From: Ranitomeya imitator
Taxonomy: Eukaryota
Direction of reading: 5' to 3'
Length of the DNA stretch: 64,000 nt
NCBI RefSeq assembly: GCF_032444005.1
Contig: NC_091287.1
Location: 16,926,001-16,990,000, forward strand
Below the pieces are notes generated by a model. That model had not been told where the DNA came from. It did no database searches and was given only the letters and a program-made list of their open reading frames with translations. The stretch's first letter is position 1; each line of letters opens with the position of its first letter. Shown piece after piece: positions 13,225 to 26,381 of the stretch. A program made the position numbers and the translations under genes.

Positions 13225-14050
13225 TGTACATTCATACGTTCCTTCCCTTCTTTCCTCTTTCCTTCTCTTTCTTTTCTCAATCTCTTCCCTCATTTCCCTC
13301 CTTCCTTCGCCTCCTTTCTTCTCTCCCATTCTTCCATCCTTTCTTTTATTCCTTCCTTCCTTTCCTCCATCCATTTGATATCCTTCTTTCCTTCCCTCTC
13401 TTCTCTTCTCGCATGATTCTTTCCTTCCTCCCCTCCTTCTTTCCTTCCTCCCCTCCTTCCTTCCTTCCTCCATCCCTTCCTTCCCTCCATTTGTTCCTTC
13501 TTTTCTTCTCTTCTGCTCACCCTTCCTAATTTTCCTCCTTCCTACCTTCCATCCCATAATTGCAGTCACATGATTTAGGAGACGACCGTATGTGATGGAA
13601 ATGGCAGAAGACAGCGATGGGTAAGTATTTTGTTACACACACTGGACATACTTCTTATCCTTCACATCCCCTTATTTCACCCTTCCTTTTTCTTCTTACC
13701 TTCTGTGCCTTCCTTTTTGTATCCATTTACTTCTCTTTATCATCTTCTCATTGTCATCTATCTTTTCTTCCCATACATTGAACATTTGTCTTTTTCCATT
13801 CCTCTACTTCCCACTCTTTCCTCCTTGCTGTTTTCCGTTCTGTCAACTTTTCATCCTTCTTCCTATTACCTAATGGGTCCATTTCCTTTTTCCATCTCTT
13901 TCTTTCCATTGAATTAATTCCTTTCCTCACTCCTTTCTTGCCTTTTCCCACCAATCCCTTACTTTTGTTCTTTTCTCTTCCTTTCCTGCCTCACCTATTC
14001 CCTTTCATTCATGGTTTCCTTCCCTTCTTTGCTATCCACTTCCACCTCTT
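13225..14050. repeat. CT-rich low-complexity sequence
   Basis: TTCC/CCT runs grading into the 63-bp array. Confidence 0.85.
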
Positions 14051-17000
14051 TCTTCTTGTTGCCCCCACTCTTCCTTCCATTATTTTCTCTTTCCTTCTGC
14101 GCTTTCGTCCACTGTTCTCTTCCTTCCTCTTTGCCTCCATTCTTTTCCTCCCTTTCCTTCTATGCTTTCTTCCATCGTTCTCTTCCTTCCTCTTTACCCT
14201 CATTCTTTTCCTCCCTTTCCTTCTGCGCTTTCTTCCATCGTTCTCTTCCTTTCTCTTTGACTTCATTCTTTTCCTCCCTTTCCTTCTGTGCTTTCTTCCA
14301 TCGTTCTCTTCCTTCCACCTTTGCCTCCATTCTTTTCCTCCCTTTCCTTCTGCTTTTTCTTCCACCATTCTCTTCCTTCCTCTTTGCCTCCATTGTTTTC
14401 CTCTCTTTCCTTCTGCACTTTCTTCCACTGTTCTCTTCCTTCCTCTTTGCCTCCATTCTTTTCTTCTCTTATCCTTCTGCGCTTTCTTCCATCGTTCTCT
14501 TCCTTCCTCTTTGCCTCCATTCTTTTCTTCTCTTTTCCTTCTGCGCTTCTTTCCACCATTCTCTTCCTTCCTATTTACCTCCATTCTTTTCCTACCTTTA
14601 CTTCTGTGATTTCTTTCATCGTTCTCTTCCTTCCTCTTTGCCCCCATTTTTTCCTCCCTTTCCTTCTGCGATTTCTTCAATCAATCTCTTCTTTCCTCTT
14701 TGCCTCCATTCTTTTCCTTTCTTTCCTTCCACCACTCTCTTCCTTCCTCTTTGCCTCCATTCTTTTCCTACCTTCCCTTCTGCGCTTTCTTCCATCATTC
14801 TCTTCCTTTCTCTTTGCCTCCATTATTTTCCTCCCTTTCCTTCTGCGTTTTCTTCCACCATTCTCTTCCTTCCTCTTTGCCTCCATTCTTTTCCTCCCTT
14901 TCCTTCTGTGTTTTCTTCCATCGTCCTCTTCCTTCCTCTTTGCCTCCATTCTTTTCCTACCTTTCCTTCTGTGCTTTCTTCCATCGTCCTCTTCCTTCCT
15001 CTTTGCCTCCATTGTTTTCCTCCCTTTCCTTCTGCGCTTTCTTCCACTGTTCTCTTCCTTCCTCTTTGCCTCCATTCTTTTCCTACCTTTCCTTCTGTGC
15101 TTTCTTCCATCGTCCTCTTCCTTCCTCTTTGCCTCCATTCTTTTCCTCCCTTTCCTTCTGTGCTTTCTTCCATCGTCCTCTTCCTTCCTCTTTGCCTCCA
15201 TTCTTTTCCTCCCTTTCCTTCTGTGCTTTCTTTCATCGTCCTCTTCCTTCCTCTTTGCCTTCATTCTTTTCCTACCTTTCCTTCTGTGCTTTCTTCCATC
15301 GTCCTCTTCCTTCCTCTTTACCTCCATTCTTTTCCTCCCTTTCCTTCTGTGCTTTCTTCCATCGTCCTCTTCCTTCCTCTTTACCTCCATTCTTTTACTC
15401 CCTTTCCTTCTGTGCTTTCTTCCATTGTCCTCTTCCTTCCTCTTTGCCTCCATTCTTTTCCTCCCTTTCCTTCTGTGCTTTCTTCCATCGTCCTCTTCCT
15501 TCCTCTTTACCTCCATTCTATTCCTCCCTTTCCTTCTGTGCTTTCTTCCATCGTCCTCATCCTTCCTCTTTGCCTCCATTCTTTTCCTCCCTTTCCTTCT
15601 GTGCTTTCTTCCATCGTCCTCTTCCTTTCTCTTTACCTCCATTCTTTTACTCCCTTTCCTTCTGTGCTTTCTTCCATCATCCTCTTCCTTCCTCTTTGCC
15701 TCCATTCTTTTCCTCCCTTTCCTTCTGTGCTTTCTTCCATCGTCCTCTTCCTTCCTCTTTACCTCCATTCTATTCCTCCCTTTCCTTCTGTGCTTTCTTC
15801 CATCGTCCTCTTCCTTCCTCTTTGCCTCCATTCTTTTCCTCCCTTTCCTTCTGTGCTTTCTTCCATCGTCCTCTTCCTTCCTCCTTGCCTCCATTCTTTT
15901 CCTCCCTTTCCTTCTGCGCTTTCTTCCATCGTCCTCTTTCTTCCTCTTTGCCTCCATTCTTTTCCGCCCTTTCCTTCTGTGCTTTCTTCCATCGTCCTCT
16001 TCCTTCCTCTTTGCCTCCATTCTTTTCCTCCCTTTCCTTCTGCGCTTTCTTCCATCGTCCTCTTCCTTTCTCTTTACCTCCATTCTTTTCCTCCCTTTCC
16101 TTCTGTGCTTTCTTCCATCGTCCTCTTCCTTCCTCTTTGCCTCCATTCTTTTCCTCCATTTCCTTCTGTGCTTTCTTCCATCGTCCTCTTCCTTCCTCTT
16201 TACCTCCATTCTTTTCCTCCCTTTCCTTCTGTGCTTTCTTCCATCGTCCTCTTCCTTCCTCTTTACCTCCATTCTATTCCTCCCTTTCCTTCTGTGCTTT
16301 CTTCCATCGTCCTCTTCCTTCCTCTTTGCCTCCATTCTTTTCCTCCCTTTCCTTCTGTGCTTTCTTCCATCGTCCTCTTCCTTCCTCCTTGCCTCCATTC
16401 TTTTCCTCCCTTTCCTTCTGCGCTTTCTTCCATCGTCCTCTTTCTTCCTCTTTGCCTCCATTCTTTTCCGCCCTTTCCTTCTGTGCTTTCTTCCATCGTC
16501 CGCTTTCTTCCATCGTCCTCTTCCTTCCTCTTTGCCTCCATTCTTTTCCTCCCTTTCCTTCTGCACTTTCTTCCATCGTCCTCTTCCTTTCTCTTTACCT
16601 CCATTCTTTTCCTCCCTTTCCTTCTGCGCTTTCTTCCATCGTCCTCTTTCTTCCTCTTTGCCTCCATTCTTTTCCTCCCTTTCCTTCTGTGCTTTCTTCC
16701 ATCGTCCTCTTCCTTTCTCTTTACCTCCATTCTTTTACTCCCTTTCCTTCTGTGCTTTCTTCCATCATCCTCTTCCTTCCTCTTTGCCTCCATTCTTTTC
16801 CTCCCTTTCCTTCTGTGCTTTCTTCCATCGTCCTCTTCCTTCCTCTTTACCTCCATTCTATTCCTCCCTTTCCTTCTGTGCTTTCTTCCATCGTCCTCTT
16901 CCTTCCTCTTTGCCTCCATTCTTTTCCTCCCTTTCCTTCTGTGCTTTCTTCCATCGTCCTCTTCCTTCCTCCTTGCCTCCATTCTTTTCCTCCCTTTCCT

Positions 17001-18940
17001 TCTGCGCTTTCTTCCATCGTCCTCTTTCTTCCTCTTTGCCTCCATTCTTTTCCGCCCTTTCCTTCTGTGCTTTCTTCCATCGTCCTCTTCCTTCCTCTTT
17101 GCCTCCATTCTTTTCCTCCCTTTCCTTCTGCGCTTTCTTCCATCGTCCTCTTCCTTTCTCTTTACCTCCATTCTTTTCCTCCCTTTCCTTCTGTGCTTTC
17201 TTCCATCGTCCTCTTCCTTCCTCTTTGCCTCCATTCTTTTCCTCCATTTCCTTCTGTGCTTTCTTCCATCGTCCTCTTCCTTCCTCTTTACCTCCATTCT
17301 TTTCCTCCCTTTCCTTCTGTGCTTTCTTCCATCGTCCTCTTCCTTCCTCTTTACCTCCATTCTATTCCTCCCTTTCCTTCTGTGCTTTCTTCCATCGTCC
17401 TCTTCCTTCCTCTTTGCCTCCATTCTTTTCCTCCCTTTCCTTCTGTGCTTTCTTCCATCGTCCTCTTCCTTCCTCCTTGCCTCCATTCTTTTCCTCCCTT
17501 TCCTTCTGCGCTTTCTTCCATCGTCCTCTTTCTTCCTCTTTGCCTCCATTCTTTTCCGCCCTTTCCTTCTGTGCTTTCTTCCATCGTCCGCTTTCTTCCA
17601 TCGTCCTCTTCCTTCCTCTTTGCCTCCATTCTTTTCCTCCCTTTCCTTCTGCACTTTCTTCCATCGTCCTCTTCCTTTCTCTTTACCTCCATTCTTTTCC
17701 TCCCTTTCCTTCTGTGCTTTCTTCCATCGTCCTCTTCCTTCCTCTTTGCCTCCATTCTTTTCCTCCCTTTCCTTCTGCGCTTTCTTCCATCGTCCTCTTC
17801 CTTTCTCTTTACCTCCATTCTTTTCCTCCCTTTCCTTCTGTGCTTTCTTCCATCGTCCTCTTCCTTCCTCTTTGCCTCCATTCTTTTCCTCCCTTTCCTT
17901 CTGCGCTTTCTTCCATCGTCCTCTTCCTTTCTCTTTACCTCCATTCTTTTCCTCCCTTTCCTTCTGCGCTTTCTTCCATCGTCCTCTTCCTTCCTCTTTG
18001 CCTCCATTCTTTTCCTCCATTTCCTTCTGTGCTTTCTTCCATCGTCCTCTTCCTTCCTCTTTACCTCCATTCTTTTCCTCCCTTTCCTTCTGTGCTTTCT
18101 TCCATCGTCCTCTTCCTTCCTCTTTACCTCCATTCTATTCCTCCCTTTCCTTCTGTGCTTTCTTCCATCGTCCTCTTCCTTCCTCTTTGCCTCCATTCTT
18201 TTCCTCCCTTTCCTTCTGTGCTTTCTTCCATCGTCCTCTTCCTTCCTCCTTGCCTCCATTCTTTTCCTCCCTTTCCTTCTGCGCTTTCTTCCATCGTCCT
18301 CTTTCTTCCTCTTTGCCTCCATTCTTTTCCGCCCTTTCCTTCTGTGCTTTCTTCCATCGTCCTCTTCCTTCCTCTTTGCCTCCATTCTTTTCCTCCCTTT
18401 CCTTCTGCGCTTTCTTCCATCGTCCTCTTCCTTTCTCTTTACCTCCATTCTTTTCCTCCCTTTCCTTCTGTGCTTTCTTCCATCGTCCTCTTCCTTCCTC
18501 TTTACCTCCATTCTATTCCTCCCTTTCCTTCTGTGCTTTCTTCCATCGTCCTCTTCCTTTCTCTTTACCTCCATTCTTTTCCTCCCTTTCCTTCTGTGCT
18601 TTCTTCCATCGTCCTCTTCCTTCCTCTTTGCCTCCATTCTTTTCCTCCCTTTCCTTCTGCGCTTTCTTCCATCGTCCTCTTTCTTCCTCTTTGCCTCCAT
18701 TCTTTTCCTCCCTTTCCTTCTGTGCTTTCTTCCATCGTCCTCTTCCTTCCTCTTTGCCTCCATTCTTTTCCTCCATTTCCTTCTGTGCTTTCTTCCATCG
18801 TCCTCTTCCTTCCTCTTTACCTCCATTCTTTTCCTCCCTTTCCTTCTGTGCTTTCTTCCATTGTCCTCTTCCTTCCTCTTTACCTCCATTCTTTTCCTAC
18901 CTTTCCTTCTGCGCTTTCTTCCACTGTTCTCTTCCTTCCT
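14050..18940. repeat. 63-bp polypyrimidine minisatellite, about 75 copies
   Basis: Unit CTTCCATCGTCCTCTTCCTTCCTCTTTGCCTCCATTCTTTTCCTCCCTTTCCTTCTGTGCTTT. The ORF track shows a matching 21-aa periodicity. Confidence 0.97.
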
Positions 18941-20476
18941 GTTACTTTGTGTAAATCCCACATTCAACTCATTGATGCTTTGGTGCCAAGTAACGACACT
19001 AATGATTTAATTTGAAGATTCACAAATGTTTTGCGCGTCTCGTACTTCTCCGAACTTGGGATCTGTTTATCCAACACCCTGTGACTCCGGCGGGTTTACA
19101 CGTCCTTATCGCTGAATAATCAGAGTCTTAATCGCTCCGTGAAGTCAATTAACACCTCCGGTCTAATTACCGTCTATGGTAAGAACTCGACCGTCTTCAC
19201 GGTTCTGAGCGTCTTCCATTTCTTTACGGCTCCTCCTAGGCCGGGTCTCCAGGTCCAGTCCTTGTAGATCCCATCGGGGGGGGAGGCTTCCAGGATTTAC
19301 AGTATGTTCTTAATTAGCCAATTAACCTCACTCCAGTTGGAAATGTAAAATGTCTCCACGGTGTGTGAGAAATTGAAATCCAGACCCATCGGACGCCCAG
19401 AATTAAATTTTTAAGTTTACAATTTAATTGGATATTAACGACATCTGAATTCCTGCAATTATTTTCGTTAAGATGTTTAAAAAAAGGAGTGATCAGTTTT
19501 AATTAAAGGGTTTCCATGCTTCACACAATCCGTTTTTGCGATGTCGCCTCCAGCTGTGATTTGCAGGGAAATCGTGATGCAATTTCCTTACAGCGCCACC
19601 ACAGGAGTAAAGATGTATTACACCACTCCCTTACGGAATGAATGGACACTGTGTCGGGATTTTACTGAACCTTCGATGCTCATGGTCGGAGTCACCCACT
19701 GCATATAGCCTAGGAAGCGATGATACACAACCCTCGGATCTCAGGTCAGGGCGCAGAGTGTGGTGCCAGTGCCTCCGGAGTCATGGTGGCAGACCACCAC
19801 TTCAGTAGCAGGATTCTCACTCACATCTATGCTAAAACCCCAGGTCTCCATCCTTCCCCCTTCTGCAGATGATTATTTCCACCGTCTGAATGTGGACAAG
19901 AATGTTTCCATTCACTAACAGCAAGCAGAGATCTTCATGTTAAAGATGGATCTCCCATCATGTCTTCATCCTATGTGCCCCTACCATGGCCACTTCTTCG
20001 CTGACTTTTCCTGGACTCCTCGGTGACTACTCTCTACATCTATTTGCCTAATGTATCAATGTCTAATCAGGAAAATGTATCAGGAAAAATGAGTAACACT
20101 GGCAACCCCTCTATTAGCTGCACAGGGGGCGACAACCATCCCTTCACTTAAAGGCTATACAAATAAAATATTGTCCCCAATAAACCATTACATTTTACTT
20201 GCAGTACCACTCCTGGCCACACAGCGAAGACGGCGCAATATTCATTTTCCGCTACAGGGAATGTGTGAGTAGGATCCACCCTCCTAATCCGTCCATATGA
20301 GCATGTAGGTCATAAGAGGATACCTTCATTACTGCAATCCGATATCTTATTCCAGAGAAATCCATGTTTTTCTTAAAGGGAAGTTGTCAGGTCCCCCATG
20401 CCCTCCAATCCTGCAGCATTCAGCTATATGCGATTAACCTCCCTCCCTAACCAGGCTTGTATAACAGAATTCAGTT

Positions 20477-20980
20477 AGGCTGTGTGCACACGTTGCAGAT
20501 TTTTTGTGTTTTTTTTCACGTTTTTTTTTGCTATAAAAACGCGAAAAAAAGCATACATTATGCATCCCATCATCCCAATTGTATCATACAATTATTAGGT
20601 TCTGTAGAAGGACGTAGATCTGGGGATTTATTATGATGGAATATAGGCTGAACTGGATGGACAAATGTCTTTTTTCGGCCTTACTAACTATGTTACTATG
20701 TTACTATATTTAGAATGCATTCTGCAAATTTTTGTGCACATGATGCGTTTTTTTCCGCGAAAAAAAAACGCAGCATGTACATTTATTTTGCGGATTTTTT
20801 GCCGATTTCCCACTATATTATTGCATTGGGAACCTCCGGAAAAATCTGCAAAGAAACGCACCAAAAACGCTGCAAAAACGTGGTAAAAACGCGCAAAAAC
20901 GCATGCGGATTTCTTGCAGAAAATGTCCTGTTTTGCTCAGGAAAATTCTGCAAGAAATCCTGAACATGTGCACGTAGCCT
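20477..20980. mobile_element. T2/Kolobok-type MITE with an unrelated insert (about 20574-20709)
   Basis: Inverted ends aggctgtgtgcacacgttgcag / ctgaacatgtgcacgtagcct, with internal TTTTGCG/CGCAAAA repeats. Confidence 0.7.
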
Positions 20981-21309
20981 GAAAGAAATGCTTTAAAAAA
21001 AAAATCATTTATAATCTCCGCTTTCACTACGCTAATCAGAGCTTTGACTAGTCAGCCCACTTTCCATGTTATCACGCGCCTGTACGAAGCGACATCATAG
21101 CCAGCTCATGCAAATCTACGCAGGCGAGCCACTCATTCCTGCAGCATCACTGCGTCTCTGAAGCCGGTTGCACGCTTCCCGGCTTCAGAGACATGCACTG
21201 AGCATGTCAGGAAGTTCAAAAGATGGCTTCTGCTTGAGAAAGGTCCACACTTGGAATGAAATATCGCCACTATGACTGGGTGTAAATAAATCTCAGTAAT
21301 TCTTTTTGG

Positions 21310-21336
21310 AGATAGATAGATATATCATAGATAGAG

Positions 21337-21367
<31 letters not shown>

Positions 21368-21545
21368 CTATAAATAGATAATAGATATATAATAGATACA
21401 GTAGATAATAGATAGATAATTAATAGATAGATCGATAATAGATAATATATAGATAATAGATACTACTATGTTATGTTACTATGTAATAGATAACAGATAG
21501 ATAATAGATATGTAATAGATAATAGATAGATAAAATGCGTTAGTA
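21310..21545. repeat. (GATA)n microsatellite
   Basis: Visible. Confidence 0.95.
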
Positions 21546-23265
21546 GATAAATTTCTCTAGAATGATATCAGTATATTTTTGCCCTGTGTTGTCAGATCTC
21601 GGCTACTTGCTGCAGGAGGATCCTGAATCCCATCATCCGCCTTATTAAGCATTCAATGCGTGTCCGCTCAGCAGTCTGGACGAGAGGCCGATGTCAGGAG
21701 ATTGTGCACATTAATGCTGAAACACACAACTTTCATTTCCCATTCATTTACCAGAGCCATATGATAAGATAATAGAATGTGACCTTGTGCAGGCCGCTAA
21801 TATGTGACACACTGCAAACCAGCCCACCATGGAGAACAAAAAAGAACTGCCCTGAATGGGGCAAATCTACGAGCCAATCACATATCAGGAGAAGTAGGAC
21901 AGGTTGTATACTGGAGATTATGTGTGGGGAATGTCAAAGGTCGCAGCCAGGGGGGTCACGAACAGCTCTGTGCTGCCCCCTATCATCCAGACAATATGCA
22001 ATTGACCGACGATCAACAGAGAAGGCCGCAGGCTTTTTCCACTAAGGCCGGTTATTGGGAAACTAACAGCATGTGGTATATACTACTCCGATTCCAAAGC
22101 ATAGAATATGTGTATAAACTCTTTGTATGGTCACTGCTAACTGCACGATAACCCAAAAACTACTCGCCGCCACCACCAGTCATTTGTATACAGGCCGCCT
22201 GGAGGCCTCGTTCTGGTAGCATATGGCTTTGGGGCGCGGTTTACAGAACAAAAAGAACAGAACTGTTATGTTTTATATTTACTCCAGATTGATAGGCAGT
22301 GTTTGTTAAATATATGCAAAAGATTTTACAAAGGGGGACAAACAATACAGCATATGCAATTACAGAAAATAAAGAGAATAAACAAAAGAAACTTACTAAA
22401 CCTCTAAGTATTGACGACGTCTAAAAGTTGGCATTTACCTTTTATTTGCTCCTAAGTTACACCCACACCCCTCCACTTGTTGACTCCTACCAGGGTTGAA
22501 CATGGGATGTGGCTTCAGTTTCAGATAATTATGAGATTCACTACATTGATGATATATTTGCTCCTGAGAGTCGCAGGTGCTCGATTTTGATGTCATAATT
22601 TTTTTTTAACATGATTTTATCTAGAGACCAAATATGACAGGTGTAGCCTGGTCTATCAGCCCATATTTAATTGAAAGGTATCTGGTCATCACTCAGAGAC
22701 GTGAAACAATGCTTTGCATTCGCCATTTCATCCCATTTCCGAAAATATCATTTTCCTATTTATGGCAGTTCATACAAACCATCCCTTCTGTGGGGGGTGC
22801 ACACAAGCATCCCAGAAGCAAAGCATCGAGATAAAGCCGTTATTCCATGGCAAGGAATTAACATCCATCTTCTCTCTTCACACAGGTACAACTCCCCACC
22901 TCTGCTTGCTGTCGCATCTGGGAAAACCGAGAGACTATTTGTCCAAAACAGTAACCATATTTTATTTATCGCATCTTTTAAACTAACAATGTATGACTAC
23001 AAAACATAATGAATGACAAAAGCTAGATAATGGTGAACACTGGTGAAGCTCCTACACCCCTTTTACATATTATATATATATCAATAAAGTGGATGGGTGG
23101 ACGGTGGACCCATAAGGTTAGCAGCAATAAAAATAAAGTGCTAGTGCTTAACTTGATCTAATCATTCATTCAATGCCCCTATGCAGTGTTTAATAATCCC
23201 TAAGCGTATGGATATATACTAGCTATTCAGTGCAATCTCACACATAGTGACACATATGCTGGAAG

Positions 23266-23847
23266 TTAAGTAAAAAGGGCAGCACACTGCAGCGCCAAAA
23301 CATGCAAACTTGAAAACACGAAATTTGAACTGCATTACTGCACTAGAAATATGAAAAATGAGCGCTTTTAGCGCATAAAAATGGCCATATTTATGTGTAC
23401 CTCGTAGCCACTTTACGGCATCTCTCTTATACCAGGTCCTACGTTTGACCTACCTCACCGAGAATAAACGTCTCCATCTGAATGGGTACATGTGAAACCT
23501 CTTCTTGGACTCAAATTCTCTCTCTCTGTGGAGGGGTATTGGACCTACTATAATTAAAACACCTGTGGCTAGGAGGCGGAGTGCACGATCAGAAGGCTAG
23601 AGAATACATTTCAAAAACCTGACCTGCACATCCAAACATAGACTGAGTGTGAACAGGTGCTGAACCCAGAGTCGCCAACTCGTATATAGTTAAGTAAAAA
23701 GGGCAGCACACTGCAGCGCCAAAACATGCAAACTTGAAAACACGAAATTTGAACTGCATTACTGCACTAGAAATATGAAAAATGAGAGCTTTTAGCGCAT
23801 AAAAATGGCCATATTTATGTGTACCTCGTAGCCATTTTTGAAATGAA
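23266..23847. mobile_element. 1.37-mer of a 424-bp unit inserted with a 14-bp TSD
   Basis: A 147-bp direct repeat (23264-23410 and 23688-23834). Flanked by ACATATGCTGGAAG at 23252-23265 and 23848-23861. Confidence 0.8.
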
Positions 23848-23963
23848 ACATATGCTGGAAGGTCAGTATATCACTGCAGAGCATTCACCATAAATGATAT
23901 GCTGCCACTGACATTACATTTCAGGGTTTTTTTTACCCATAGTCTCCACACGGTGTCAGATGC

Positions 23964-24013
23964 AGACAGCCCCGACGCGCGTTTCGTGTGGGCTTCCTCG
24001 GGGGGCCGTGTCT
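23964..24013 (-). ncRNA. Variant or degenerate minimal type I hammerhead in Penelope-like terminal sequence
   Basis: Minus strand reads agacacggcccc-CCGAGGA-agcccacac-GAA-acgcgcgt-C-ggggctgtct. Stems I and III pair; the core has U4>C and stem II is weak. Confidence 0.5.
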
Positions 24014-24653
24014 ACCTGTTTATATATCGGGCATAATACCAGATCCAGTTACATGTACATAAATTTAAAAAATTTACACAAACGTGACTATAGCCTGCAT
24101 TAGTTCCCCATTGTTAAATGTAGAGGAATAAATTTATACAAATCATATAAATTAATTTTGTGTCAAATACTAATAACCAAAAAAAGTGTATAAAAATACT
24201 TAGTGTTAAACATATATTAGATGTGCACTCTTAAGAACACACATAATAATAATAATCTTTATTTATATAGTGCCAACATATTCCGCAGCGCTTCGGCACA
24301 CATACAAACGGATAGATGACAAAGCCAGAGTGCGCAGACCTAGACGGCCAAATATAATCAATACAACACACTCAAACCCAATATAAATCCATCATAATCA
24401 TTAACCCACATAGAACATTTTTCTCAGAGGGGTTCGTGTGTTTGTTGATAGCTTGTCATGTTATCATCTATAGGCCCATATAAGACGAAATCCGTTATGG
24501 TCAATCTACAGTCATATGAAAAGATATTAATTAGTACATCAGTACAAATAAAAAAGAATCTAAAAAAAACAAGACTGCATACGTAAGACAACACATAGAT
24601 ACAATCAAGTCCAGAGATATATTCATTACAGAAACGGCACAAAACTAAGGTGT

Positions 24654-25884
24654 TCATTTAGGCCTGCAGGAGTCATTGTCCCCAATATTGTGATCCATCG
24701 GCACTCACATTGTGCCAGGTTTCATTTAGGCCTGCAGGAGTCATTGTCCCCAATATTGTGATCCATCGGCACTCACATTGTGCCAGGTTTCATTTAGGCC
24801 TGCAGGAGTCATTGTCCCCAATATTGTGATCCATCGGCACTCACATTGTGCCAGGTTTCATTTAGGCCTGCAGGAGTCATTGTCCCCAATATTGTGATCC
24901 ATCGGTACTCACATTGTGCCAGGTTTCATTTAGGCCTGCAGGAGTCATTGTCCCCAATATTGTGATCCATCGGCACTCACATTGTGCCAGGTTTCATTTA
25001 GGCCTGCAGGAGTCATTGTCCCCAATATTGTGATCCATCGGCACTCACATTGTGCCAGGTTTCATTTAGGCCTGCAGGAGTCATTGTCCCCAATATTGTG
25101 ATCCATCGGCACTCATGTTGTGCCAGGTTTCATTTAGGCCTGCAGGAGTCATTGTCCCCAATATTGTGATCCATCGGCACTCACATTGTGCCAGGTTTCA
25201 TTTAGGCCTGCAGGAGTCATTGTCCCCAATATTGTGATCCATCGGCACTCATGTTGTGCCAGGTTTCATTTAGGCCTGCAGCAGGAGTCATTGTCTCCAA
25301 TATTGTGATCCATCGGCACTCACATTGTGCCAGGTTTCATTTAGGCCTGCAGGAGTCATTGTCTCCAATATTGTGATCCATCGGCACTCACATTGTGCCA
25401 GGTTTCATTTAGGCCTGCAGGAGTCATTGTCCCCAATATTGTGATCCATCGGCACTCATGTTGTGCCAGGTTTCATTTAGGCCTGCAGCAGGAGTCATTG
25501 TCTCCAATATTGTGATCCATCGGCACTCACATTGTGCCAGGTTTCATTTAGGCCTGCAGGAGTCATTGTCTCCAATATTGTGATCCATCGGCACTCACAT
25601 TGTGCCAGGTTTCATTTAGGCCTGCAGGAGTCATTGTCCCCAATATTGTGATCCATCGGCACTCACATTGTGCCAGGTTTCATTTAGGCCTGCAGGAGTC
25701 ATTGTCCCCAATATTGTGATCCATCGGCACTCACATTGTGCCAGGTTTCATTTAGGCCTGCAGGAGTCATTGTCCCCAATATTGTGATCCATCGGCACTC
25801 ATGTTGTGCCAGGTTTCATTTAGGCCTGCAGCAGGAGTCATTGTCTCCAATATTGTGATCCATCGGCACTCACGTTGTGCCAGG
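24654..25884. repeat. 68-bp tandem repeat, about 18 copies
   Basis: Unit TCATTTAGGCCTGCAGGAGTCATTGTCCCCAATATTGTGATCCATCGGCACTCACATTGTGCCAGGTT. Confidence 0.97.
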
Positions 25885-25947
25885 AGACGTTTAGCATCTC
25901 CATCCCGTATGCCCAGACGTATCCTGTCAATTCCCCTGATTTTTAAT

Positions 25948-26029
25948 TACCTTATATACTCGAGTATAAGCCGAGATTTTCAGCCCAAAAAAATGGGCTG
26001 AACGTGCCCCTCTCGGCTTATACTCGAGT
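25948..26029. mobile_element. End fragment of a pogo/Tigger-like MITE
   Basis: tacc(t)tatatactcgagtataagccgag terminus, with an 18-bp inverted copy at 26012-26029. Confidence 0.5.
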
Positions 26030-26381
26030 CATGGTCGGCGGGTGAGGGGGAGCGATGCCTGTCAAATACTCACCCGCTCCTGGTGCTCCTGACGTGGTCC
26101 CTGCATGACAACCTGCAGGCCATTTTCAGTATTCTGTAGTGGATTCTCTTGGCATTGGGAACTTCTCGCAGGAGAAAACTCCTAATATTCTGTTTAGATC
26201 AGCACATTACTATCACTGCTGCCACATACAGCAGAAACATCTCCCGGCAGAGTACCACATTTTTTTACTTATTTATTTTTTTTGGAGTGGGGGGGGGGGG
26301 GGGTGAGTGCATCTTGTGTCATTTATCTCAGGATCAGATTTCCTGGAGTTTTAGGCCATAGAAAATGTTGGAACTATTTTT

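Noticed and set aside
14011-19015. 1400-1650 aa F/L/S/P ORFs and K/R/E-rich antisense ORFs
   Set aside because: These are translations of a C/T-only 63-bp repeat, open in most frames, with no splice or domain evidence.
19869-19918. Possible plus-strand terminal exon (DDYFHRLNVDKNVSIH*) after a good acceptor
   Set aside because: It is short, unrecognised and has no supporting neighbouring exons.
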